From the NCBI RefSeq assembly GCF_902713615.1, contig NC_052162.1, positions 110,393,187-110,451,810 of the forward strand: 58,624 nucleotides of DNA, written 5' to 3'. Within the stretch, counting starts at the first letter, position 1. The number at the start of each line of letters is the position of its first letter. The position numbers and the translations under genes are program-made. This document shows, piece by piece, positions 23,911-34,819 of this stretch. The notes under the pieces are model-generated. The model saw only the letters and a list, made by a program, of their open reading frames with translations. It ran no database searches and was not told the origin of the DNA. The stretch is from Scyliorhinus canicula. Its lineage: Eukaryota.

Positions 23911-24299
23911 TTACAAACCCGCTGGAACCATCCGTTTCTGTCCTCCTGCCCTCGACAGAAGCCTCCACTCAGAGATTCATCTCCCTCAGCTGCCTAGTGA
24001 GAGGTTTCTTCCCCCGAGAGATCTTCGTCAAGTGGACCGTCAATGGCAAACAGCTGAATCCCGGGAACTATAAGAATACCGAAGTGATGGCGGAGAACGG
24101 CAATAACTCCTTCTTCTTGTACAGCCTGTTATCCGTTGCAGCGGAGGAGTGGGCCAGCGGCGCTTCGTACTCATGTGTGGTTGGACATGAAGCGATTCCC
24201 TTGAAGATCACGAACAGAACGGTTGATAAATCCAGCGGTAAACCCAGTTTTGTGAACATTTCCCTTGCACTGATGGACACCATTAATTCATGTCAATGA
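23911..24299 (+). CDS. IGHM: IgM constant exon CH4 plus secretory tailpiece
   Basis: Acceptor TTTTCTGCAG. Frame ends [20 protein letters not shown] (tailpiece with N-glycan site and penultimate Cys). The internal donor G|GTAAA at 24238 serves the membrane form. Confidence 0.97.
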
Positions 24300-24335
24300 A
24301 AATCTACCGGGTAGATGTCTTACTTCAGTAAAGAT

Positions 24336-24341
24336 AATAAA
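24336..24341 (+). terminator. Poly(A) signal of secretory mu mRNA
   Basis: AATAAA 37 bp after the tailpiece stop, followed by a T-rich tract at about 24387-24403. Confidence 0.75.
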
Positions 24342-24411
24342 GTTTTACCCGCCAGTTTTGATTAAGATGCACAAACTCAGAATTAACTGTATTTTTTTTA
24401 ATTCTGCTAAT

Positions 24412-26030
24412 AGAACATAGAACATTACAGCGCAGTACAGGCCCTTCGGCCCAAGATGTTGCACCGTCCTGTGAAACCCTTCTAAAGTCCCTCTACACTA
24501 TACCCTTATCGTCCATATGCCTATCCAATGACCATTTAAATGCGTTTAGTGTTGGCGAGTCCATTACTGTTGCAGGCAGGGCATTCCACGCCCTTACTAC
24601 TCTCTCAGTAAAGAACCTACCTTTGACATCTGTCCTATATCTATCTCCCCTCAATTTAAAGCTATGTCCCCTCGTGCTGGACATCACCATCCGAGGAAAA
24701 AGGCTCTCGATGTCCACCCTATCTAATCCTCTGATCATCTTGTATGCCTCAATTAAGTCCGCTCTGAACCTTCTTCTCTCTAACGAAAACAGCCTCAAGT
24801 CCTTCAGCCTTTCCTCATATGATCTTCCCTCCATACCAGGCAACATTCTTGTAAATCTCCTCTGTACCCTTTCCAATGCTTCCACGTCCTTCCTATAATG
24901 TGGCGACCAGAACTGCAGACAATACTCCAAATGCGGCCGCACCAGAGTTTTGTACAACTGCAACATGACCTCATGGCTCCGAAACTCAATCCCTCTACCA
25001 ATAAAAGCTAACACACCGTACGCCTTCTTAACAACCCTCTCAACCTGGGTGGCAACATTCAGGGATCTATGGACATGGACACCGAGATCTCTCTGCTCGT
25101 CCACACTACCAAGAATCTTACCATTAGCCCAGTACTCTGCCTTCCTGTTATTCCTTCCAAAATGAATCATCTCACACTTTTCTGCATTAAACTCAATTTG
25201 CCACCTGTCAGCCCAGCTCTGCAGCTTATCTATGTCCCTCTGTAACTTGTAACATTCTTCTGCACTGTCCACAACTTCACCGACTTTAGTGTCATCTGCA
25301 AATTTACTCACCATCCTTCTACGCCCTCCTCCAGGTCATTTATAAAAATGACAAACAGCAACGGCCCCAAAACAGATCCTTGTGGCACACCACTAGTAAC
25401 TGGACACCAGTCAGAGCATTTCCCATCAACCACCACTCTTTGTCTTCTATCAGCTAGCCAATTTCTGATCCAAACTGCTAAATCACCCTGAATACCATGC
25501 CTCTGTATTTTCTGCAATAGCCTACCGTGGGTTACCTTATCAAACGCTTTACTGAAATCCATATACACCACATCAACTGCTTTACCCCCATCCACCTGTT
25601 TGGTCACCTTCTCGAAGAACTCAATGAGGTTTGTGAGGCACGACCTACCCTTCACAAAACCATGTTGACTATCTCTAATCAAGTTATTCCTTTCCAGATG
25701 ATTATACATCCTATCTCTTATAAACCTTTCCAAGACGCTTCCCACAACAGAAGTAAGGGTCACTGGTCTATAGTTACCGGGGTTATCTCTACTCCCCTTC
25801 TTGTACAAGGGGACAACATTTGCTATCCTCCAGTCCTCTGGCACTATTCCTGTAGACAAAGATGACTTAAAGATCAAAGCCAAAGGCTCAGCAATCTCCT
25901 CCCTAGCTTCCCAGAGAATCCTAGGATAAATCCCATCCGGCCCAGGGGACTTATCTATTTTCACACTTTCCAGAATCGCTAACAGCTCCTCCTTATGAAC
26001 CTCAAGCCCTTCTAGACTAGTAGCCTGTAT
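24412..26030 (-). mobile_element. 5'-truncated CR1 (HER1-type) LINE with nearly intact RT
   Basis: ORFs 25308-25964 and 24493-25314 give [11 protein letters not shown]...[12 protein letters not shown]...[13 protein letters not shown]...FADDTKVG...RTRFGH-type C-terminus, separated by one frameshift. The tail (ATGTTCT)n lies at 24412. Confidence 0.95.
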
Positions 26031-28024
26031 TGTTCCGCCTATTTAATTAAAGACGACTATTTACAGCTCTTAGACCCAAAACTTGTACAACTGGGGTACA
26101 TGGTCAATTACATCCTTGGTTAGAGACAGAGGAAAGATTGTTCATTTCAAAATTCCGCAAAGTCTTAACCAACGTTCCTTCCACTGAGGTGAAATCTGAC
26201 GTTTTTTCATTCCTCACAATCAAACACAGCAACATTTAGATCTCGGTGTTCCTTCTTTGTTTAATATCCATTGCTTAAACATTGTGCCAGCTTATTGTTG
26301 CCGCAATACAACCACTGGAAGCTGAAGTAAGGGTCACCCAGGAAATCGAAATATATCTCCACTGTCCGAACATAGAGAGGACAAAATGCATTAAAAGAAA
26401 ACAATGAACCTCCACAAAGCACGAAAAGGTGTATTAGGGAACGCACTGCACCTTCAGTTACCCAACAGATAGAGGGCCTAGGGCACAGTGAACACAATAT
26501 TCCTCCGCTTCTCTGAGAGTCAGCGATGGGAGGTATTGGTTAACCACTGCTCCTCCATTTGGTCAAAAACGTTACATAGGTACATTCGCCGACCAGAGAG
26601 AAGGAATGGGGACAATTAACTTACTACATTCCTAATCAGAGCAATTGGAGAGCTCCCAATTGGACCCCATACAAGACAGCTTCTAGTTTCATGCACTCTG
26701 ATTTTAAAAGTCGATCGTGGTAATATTATGCAAAACATGTATTGATCCAACGTAAACGCATACACACACACAGACCCAAGGTCACACACGCACACACACT
26801 ATGTCACGAACACAAACACACATTCAAAACAGATGCACACACTTTCCCAAGGTCACACTAACACATACACACACACGCTGACAGAAAAAGTCACACAAAA
26901 TGATACACACACATACACGCACTGGTACAAGTTTACAAGCACAAAGATACAGATATGCTCACACACAGGAAAAACACAGCTATACACTTATTCACAACAA
27001 CATGTCTCCCCCCCCCCCCCCCACACACACACACACACACACGCACAATGTCACAAACAGACACGATCACACACGCACATATACTGAAACTAGATCTCAA
27101 ACACACGAAATTCATACACACTAAAACGAGGTCAGAACACACACAAACATATGCAAATACACACACGCACAAACACGGACACACAATCATCTTCACAAAC
27201 ACTGACACAAGGTCACACAATTACACAGAGATACAAAACACGCAGACGTGTGCACGCTGAAATAACGTCGCAAACAAACAGACGCATATGCAGATCCAGC
27301 CATGCACGCACACACTGGCTCAAGGTCACACACAGACACTCACACATTCATACACAATGACAAAAATGCCACAAATGCACACGCACACACGCACACTGAC
27401 ACACGATCACACACGTACCCGCCTCCCCACACACACACACACAGAAACACACGCTGACAACAGGTCGCTCACACACACTGACACACACACAGACACGCAG
27501 ACCACACAGAACGCAGGCACACACACACACACACATTATTACAAGATCACACTCACATTTAAATTGACACAAGATAACAAATACATAAACACAGAATAAC
27601 GAAAACGACACACACACGTACACCACTACAGAGGCACAAGCTCACAATCACAATCATACCGATGCGTAGACTCACACAAAGACACACAGTTATGCAAGAT
27701 AAACGTCTGCACAAACCCAAGCACAGACAGACCTAAGGTCACAAGCAGAGACGCACACACACAACAGGAAAGGAGCGCACACATATCAACAAGATCAGAC
27801 ATAGCGCTGCAAACACACAAATACACACATAAAAATATACACACCAGATCACAAAAACACAGACGAATATTCACACATCCACACACACAAATACATACCC
27901 ACATTCACAAAGACACAATTCCTTAGAAAACCACACAGAACGAGATACACAATACACACACACAGATAGCACACACAGAGAAATACACACTGATACAAGG
28001 TCAAGCCAACATACACACTTAAAA

Positions 28025-28249
28025 CACAGTAAGAAGTCTTACAACACCAGGTTAAAGTCCAACAGGTTTGTTTCAAACACGAGCTTTCGGAGCACGGCTC
28101 CTTCTTCAGGTGAATGAGGAGAATGAGTTCACCTGAAGAAGGAGCCGTGCTCCGAAAGCTCGTGTTTGAAACAAACCTGTTGGACTTTAACCTGGTGTTG
28201 TAAGACTTCTTACTGTGCTCACCCCAGTCCAACGCCGGCATCTCCACAT
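28025..28249. mobile_element. Penelope-type palindromic element (90-bp perfect inverted repeat + 32-bp tail) with TSD
   Basis: Arms 28025-28114 and 28128-28217 are exact reverse complements around a 13-nt loop. CACTTAAAA(CACA) is duplicated at 28016 and 28250. Confidence 0.8.
28130..28164 (+). ncRNA. Candidate minimal type-I hammerhead ribozyme motif (mirror copy on - strand at 28078-28112)
   Basis: CAC-CUGAAGA-A-GGAGC(CGU)GCUCC-GAA-AGCU-C-GUG gives a 3-bp stem I, the core, a 5-bp stem II and a loopless palindromic stem III. Confidence 0.55.
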
Positions 28250-30363
28250 CACTTAAAACACATGCACACGTGCACACACACGTCACACAAACACGAACAC
28301 ACACATTCCCACATGCACTAACACAAAGTAGCGCACACGCGTACAGAAAAGGTTACACACATTAACATACCTACACTCACATACATCCACTGGCACAAGT
28401 TCACAAGCACAATCCTGCAGATGCATGCACTCAGACAGAGACACACACTTACACAAGGTAACAAAAAGATGCATACAGACAAACAGACAGGCAAGCCAAC
28501 ATTCATACACATAGGCCCACACATATGCCCACACTCATGCAAAAGGTCACACATAGGCGAGTATACATAAACAAGAGTTCATACACGCGAGCATGCATAT
28601 CCACACACACACACAGTGAAACTCGGTCACAAACACATACAAAACACATACATCGCGCACACACACACATCGTCACAGACACTGACACAAGTTCACAGAA
28701 TCACTCAAAAGGAATTGAACCCAACACTCGCAAATGTTATCACTCGCACACACTGACTCAAGGTCACACAGAAAGGCACACTCACGCATACAGACATATG
28801 GGGTCAAACTGTTCACACATACACCCACGCAAACAGCCAAAGCACATACTCCCGTATATACATTGAGACAAGTTCACAAGCACACCATTACAGATGCACA
28901 TACTCTGACACACACAGACACACAGTGGCACAACATAGCGTACACGCTCTCACGTCCACACACACGCACACACACACACACACAAAGTCACTCACAAACG
29001 CACACACAAACACAAGGTCAGAAACATATACATTAAGACAAATAGTTACAATATTACAAATACACATACACACAGGTGCAGACAAACACACACAAACACA
29101 CATGCACATACACAAACACATAGAACACACAACCACATGCACACACGCTGTCACAAGATTACACAGACACTGGTACTGACACAAGGTAAACATGCACAAA
29201 CAGACACTGACATAAGGCCACGCATACAGGGTCTCGTAAGCGCATGCACAGTCTGGCATTGGAGCACACATGCACTTGCGTACACACACACGGTCACAGA
29301 CATGTATGTACATACTGATTTAGGTGCATAAATACACACCCAAACACACACCTAAAAGGTAACACAAGGAGACACTCAAGCACCCGCACACACAAGCACT
29401 GACATAAAAACACTCCCACCCACATTGACACAAGGTCGAAAATACACTCATCTACATCAAGACTCACAGGAAACCTGACACAATCTAATAAGCACACGCA
29501 TACAAAACCACAGAAACACCATTCTATCCTCAGGCACAAGGTCACACACACACAAACTTAAACAGACTGTGGGAAGGTAACTCAGACACGCACTTAGACG
29601 CATGCATACACTGACACTGGGCAACATGCACACAAATAGAAACTCTGACACAGGTTCAAACACAAACATACACACATTAATACAAGGTACATACAAATGC
29701 GCGGTCACACACAATAACAGACATCACACTTTGACACAGGGTCACAAACACACACAAATACATACGCACAGGAGAAATTTACAAAAATAGACACAGACAG
29801 AAGGTCACAACCGCATGCTCACATATACTCACACACACATCTTAAAACAAATACATACGTCAGTCTATAGACGAAAGTACAATTCCAAAGCGTTTTTCTA
29901 ACAGACTTTCCCGCCGTAAAAAAGATATGCCGAAGAAACACACAGAGCCAATGTTCTCACATGGAAACTGATTTATTTTATGGAGTTGTGAAAGTATTTA
30001 GATCACACATCAACGGACAAGATGTTAATTCACTTCAGGTATCTTGAACATATGTATTCACAATCGCCAAATGGTCAGTTATCAGTTTTTGTAATTAAAC
30101 AATTTGTTTTTAGTTAGTGAGCCTGTCGCAATACCCATTATAATATTCTACATTTAGAGACCAGATGAAATTCAACCAAGAGAAACTTCCACACAGGAGA
30201 ATCCCATTTTTGGACAGAATGAACGTCTGTGGTGGCATTAGCTGTCAGAGATTGATGAGAGTCTGCACCTTCAGGATGATACAATAGAATATATGAAGAA
30301 ATCAAAAGGACATTCTGCATTCATAAACAATCGAATTATATATTCTCGGTTTTATCTCTGTAG

Positions 30364-30491
30364 ATTCTACAGACCGCATCTGGACTGAAGAGTATGAGGA
30401 TGATAACGGCAACATCTGGACAACTGCTTCCACATTCATCACCCTGTTCTTCCTGAGTATTTGCTACAGCACAGCCGTTACACTGGTGAAG
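30364..30491 (+). CDS. IGHM: IgM transmembrane exon TM1
   Basis: Acceptor CTCTGTAG and donor AAG|GTGAG. Frame (D)STDRIWTEEYEDDNGNIWTTASTFITLFFLSICYSTAVTLVK carries the antigen-receptor TM motif. Confidence 0.95.
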
Positions 30492-30607
30492 GTGAGGATA
30501 ACTAATCCATCACATTTCAGTCAGAGTGATTAGAAAATGTCTAAATAAATCAATGATTGACATTTCTGACATAAACATCTGCTCATTATTTCCTCCCTCT
30601 TTTGCAG

Positions 30608-30616
30608 GTAAAGTGA
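30608..30616 (+). CDS. IGHM: IgM exon TM2 (VK*)
   Basis: Acceptor TCTTTTGCAG followed by GTA AAG TGA, giving the conserved KVK cytoplasmic tail. AATAAA at 30857-30862. Confidence 0.93.
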   Translation, partial: VK

Positions 30617-31163
30617 TCCGTTTAATTTCTGACTCCAAAGATTTTCCTCAGATGTTTATTAAAAACTCGGCTTTCCGAAATTAAAACATATTCTCTTGGG
30701 GACTCTAGAAATGAAACACGACCAGTTCATGATTCTGAATCTGTAACTGTGACAATCATAGACAGCATTTTCGTTTTCCTCTTTGAAATTTGCAAGAAAA
30801 TTATGCCTGGATTGTAATTGTAGCTTCCCAATCCCTATTGTATCGATTCAATTATAAATAAATAGCTTTGCTCATTCCTTGTTCACAATGTTTACATTCT
30901 CTTTATGCGGATTTGCCGTCTTCAATGTGTGGTCTCTGTTTCATTTGTATACACATTTGGCACCTCAGAACTCAATTTGACGCTCAATCGTTAAATGCAC
31001 CGTTGTTACTTGAAGAGAAACATTTGAGAACCAGTAGATAAATATTGCATTGAAGTCAGTTTAAAACCTTTAGTTCAATTATATTGGGAGAAAATACAGA
31101 ATTAAAAATAAGCTGCTAAGTCTAATAATAGAAGGACCCAATTTGTCTATGAAGTGACCAATA

Positions 31164-31704
31164 TGTAGGGATGGAAATTGCAATCTTAAGTCTCAAGGTT
31201 TGTTGCTCAACGCGGGACACTGTAACACTTGCTGCGCCTCTAATTTATGTGTTGATAACAGCGGGGAGGATGGATGAATGGCATAAAGGAGCCATTAAAA
31301 TGGCAGGGGGTAGGTGATCGATGGCTGCACCCTCGATACCAGATCACCGACAGCACTAATTTCAAAGCAAAAACATGCCTTTGTAATTATTGGATAGTTT
31401 AATTAAGCATGCATACGCTTCGGCTGATTGGTTAATTATTCTCATATACGATGCATAATGTAACCTTAATCAATAATCCTGATTGGACATAGATAACTAG
31501 TAACAACTGATTGATATATGCTAACTTAATAGAATTTTGAAGTATAAATGCCTGCACCATTGTTAAATTTGGGCTTCCCTGGTGTCCCATTTGGAATGCC
31601 AGAGGCCCTCGCGAAAGCTTGAATAAACGAGCCTTCGCCTCGTATCTCGTGAATGGAGCAGTGAAATACACTGAGGCCAAATAGCTTTACTTTTCTCCAC
31701 AACA
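31164..31704 (+). mobile_element. 5' LTR of an LTR retroelement/ERV
   Basis: TG...CA termini (TGTAGGG...ACAACA), TATAAAT at 31543, AATAAA at 31622, and a primer-binding site 3 bp downstream. The left boundary is inferred. Confidence 0.65.
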
Positions 31705-31707
31705 ATT

Positions 31708-31725
31708 TGGCAGCAGAGGTTGGTT
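31708..31725 (+). other. Primer-binding site complementary to initiator tRNA-Met
   Basis: TGGCAGCAGAGGTTGGTT matches TGGTAGCAGAGGATGGTT (complement of the tRNA-iMet 3' end) at 16 of 18 positions. Confidence 0.72.
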
Positions 31726-31900
31726 CCATGGGCTATGTATAACAATAGGACCTCAGATTGGCGAGTATTACCTTCGATTATACTCCTGACTGGGTGCTGG
31801 CGTGCAGTTTTGCCAACTGATGGGTGGATCAGAACATAGGGTAAACAAGACCAGATTAAGGGAGTGTGTGTAAAATATAGAGAGCGCTTCTCTCCAGAGA

Positions 31901-32150
31901 GACCCCAAAGGAAGCGACCTACTGCGCCTCTCTGGAGCATTGGGGGGGCGTAGGGGTGGTGAGATACTCTGCCGAGCGAAACAACTGAGGCCCCAAAGGG
32001 AGCGACGTTCTCATTTCCAGAGAATTGGCTGGAGTGAGATAATCTGCCTAGAGAAACAGGTGAGACCACAAAGGAAGCGACGCAGTGCTCCTCTGTAGAG
32101 CGGTGAGGGGAGTGAGGCGCTATGCCTAGAAAAGTGAGATAGGGTGGCCC
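31901..32150 (+). repeat. Three degenerate ~75-88-bp tandem units in the retroelement leader
   Basis: GACCCCAAAGGAAGCGAC-like anchors at 31901, 31989 and 32064. Confidence 0.75.
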
Positions 32151-33164
32151 GAATTTGCACAGCCTTTTCTTTCTATAAATGTTTAAATATTTCTATTACT
32201 GTTAGATACTGTTTGATCTCTTGACAGGAATAGGGAAATGAAATAGAATGTCAGGGAAAGTAAAATCTGGACAGATAGAACTTAAGTCTGTGACTGTCCA
32301 TTTTCCTAAATCATCCCAATTGATAAAATGTAAAAACAGGGTGAATTCCAACATTCTGAGGTGCTGTCCAAAAAGGGACTGGAAAGCACAAACACGCCTT
32401 TTCAGGCATATCTAGTGATGGTGGTACTCCTCGCTCTGGTGCAGGTCACCACAGCAGACTAATTCCTCCCAGAAACATCACTGATTATGGCTTATAGGGA
32501 GAGGCCGCTGACCTCCACCCATTGGTGCAGATGGCCCCTTACTAACTGATGGTGAAAGCACTACACAAACGTACCCAGTCAAGAAATCGTGAAGCAATGT
32601 ATTTTGCGACCGTGAAGAGAAACGTCATAACAAAATTAATCAAATACATAATTAATGAAGTTGTAGATAAAATACAAGCTTGTGCTAAACAATTCTTTCA
32701 TTCAGTTCTGGGCCAAGATCAGGTCATAAGCTTGCAGTTCGGCCGTGACCCAATCTGAACTTTTCAAAACAAGTTAAAAATGAACTGTTAAGATTTCTTT
32801 TTAACTGGGTTAAGCAACGAAATTTAAATTGGTTGAAAGGAAAACAAGAGGATATGGGGAAACAAAATCGGAGCAGAAAACTTTAGCAGGCAATTATTTG
32901 GTTTATAAATTGTCAGAAACGTACGTGTCAAAATTCTTTGATATGTGGTTTAATTGTGGATTTATGGGATCTTAATGACACCTGGGAAATTCTAAGCACG
33001 CACTGGAGGAATTTAGAACAAATATGAGAATTTTATTGTGCTATCACATCACCTCAGATAAGGACCAACGGTTTTGTAGGTCATAATGTGTTTTGGTGAC
33101 AATGTTTTTGATATTTGGAATCAACAAATAAAAGGTGATGCCCAATAATTAGGCATTACAATCA

Positions 33165-33370
33165 TTTATTTTTCTCCTATTTATTTTCCAATTAAGGGGC
33201 AATTGAGGGTGGCCAATCCACCTATCCTGCACATCTTTGAGTTGTGGGTGGTGAGACCCACGGAGACACGGGGAGAATATGAAAAATGACAGTGAGCTGG
33301 GGCCCGGATCAAACCCGGGTAACGGTGCCGTGAGGCAGCAGTGATAACCACTACACCACTGTGCAGCCCG
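33165..33370 (-). mobile_element. Short SINE with A-rich tail
   Basis: Reverse complement of the 13818-type element. Confidence 0.8.
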
Positions 33371-34289
33371 GCAATGATTTAAATTTTATAGCAAGTAGAA
33401 CGGAGGATCGTATTTATTTTAACCAAGAGATTGTGAGTGAGCAGTGCTCTGTCCCTTTATGAATCGGTAGGTGCGAGAGAAAGCTGAGAATGAACTGTTT
33501 GCGATTTAAGAGCTGTGTGCTTTGTTTTTTTATGTGGAGGTTCGTAGAGTCATGTTATTGTTAAGCTTTATTTTTATGGGGAAATTAATCTTGAGGTATT
33601 TAATAACAGACACTTTGGAATTTTAGAACAGAAACTATAAGGCTATTAACATACTTCATCTCTCTTATTTTTTAATTAAAGCAGTTGATGTGTTTCGCTG
33701 ATTGCGTATGCATGATATTCGTGTGTGAATGTTTCAGGCGTTAATGTTTCCTCTCTGAAATTATTCTTGATAAACATGTGGGAATTTTAATCTGGATACA
33801 AATTCACACATATAAGAACGAGATAATTTTAATTGAACAGGATTGATTGGTGTTTGCGATATCATAAATGAATACGGTCAATCCATACCAATCTCGTACC
33901 ACAACTTCTTCGCAGGTTCAAATATAACTTATGCCGGACACAGGTCAGACAGCGAGAAAGAAAGACAGCTGAAAAAATCAGAGATCAAAAAAAAAGTGTA
34001 ACACCGAGAATATTAAACAAAGGGGTCCCCGATTGAGTCGCTGGTTCGGTTGACGTAATGACGTCCAATTAAACATTTTTATTCCATCATTATTTTCAAA
34101 CCAGCAGAGAATTATCCCCTGACAGTTATCAGCAAAAGTTGCATTTCTATTTTTTCCAGGAATTGTGAATTTTAACTTTGAACTGTCAGATATGTTCAGA
34201 TTAATTGACCTATTTTGACACAAGCAGAATGGATGTTTGTGTTTTACAGATTTGCAGTAGCGCAGGAATTTGAAAATGCATTTGACAGA

Positions 34290-34815
34290 ATCATAGCATC
34301 ATGGAAACAATACGGTGCAGACAGAGGCCAATCGGCCCATTGATTCTGCACCCACCCTTTAAAAGAGCACCATACCCAGGTCCACTCCGCCGAACTAACC
34401 CCAGAAATCCACTTAACATACCCATTGTTGGAAACTACGGGTCAATTGAGCATGGCCAATACACATACCCTACACATCTTTGGACTGAGGGAGGAAAACA
34501 TAATACCCAGAGAGCCACGCAGGCACGCGGGGAAGGTACAAGCACTCACTGACAGAAATCCAAGGCTGGAATTGTCCGCGGGTCCTTAGTGGTGTGAGGC
34601 CGCAGTGTTAAACACGGTGCCGCCCCCTTAGTAAGGCTTTCAATTTTGCGTTCTCCCGGTGTCTGCGTGGGTTTCCTCCGGATGCTCCGGTTTCCCACCA
34701 CAGTCCAATGATGTGCAGGTTTGGTGGATTGGCCATTCTAAATTGACCTTAATGTTCAAAATGGTTAGGTGGGGTTACTGGATTCCGGGGATAGGGTGGA
34801 GGTGTGGGCTTACGT
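34290..34815. mobile_element. Two SINE copies, - strand (about 34290-34625) then + strand (about 34650-34815)
   Basis: V core recognisable in each orientation. Confidence 0.75.
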
Positions 34816-34819
34816 AGGA

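Larger units (their letters stand above)
26757..29860. repeat. CA-rich degenerate minisatellite/low-complexity tract
   Basis: About 3.1 kb of A/C-rich sequence with a recurring CACTGACACAAGGTCACACA-like unit. The many overlapping His/Thr- and Cys/Val-rich ORFs are artefacts of this tract. Confidence 0.95.

Noticed and set aside
24302-24316. Short palindrome ATCTACC-G-GGTAGAT just after the tailpiece stop
   Set aside because: It is too short to distinguish from chance without conservation data.
26833-29790. Many overlapping His/Thr-rich and Cys/Val-rich ORFs
   Set aside because: They are translations of the CA-rich repeat on both strands.
9064-30616. IgNAR, IgW or germline-joined IgM1gj as the identity of the whole gene
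   Set aside because: There are four mu-type C domains including CH1 and CH2, a mu tailpiece and KVK tail, and V, D and J are unjoined with RSSs.
31901-32150. Spaced repeats as a CRISPR-like array
   Set aside because: The units are degenerate along their whole length, there are only three, the context is eukaryotic, and no cas genes are present.
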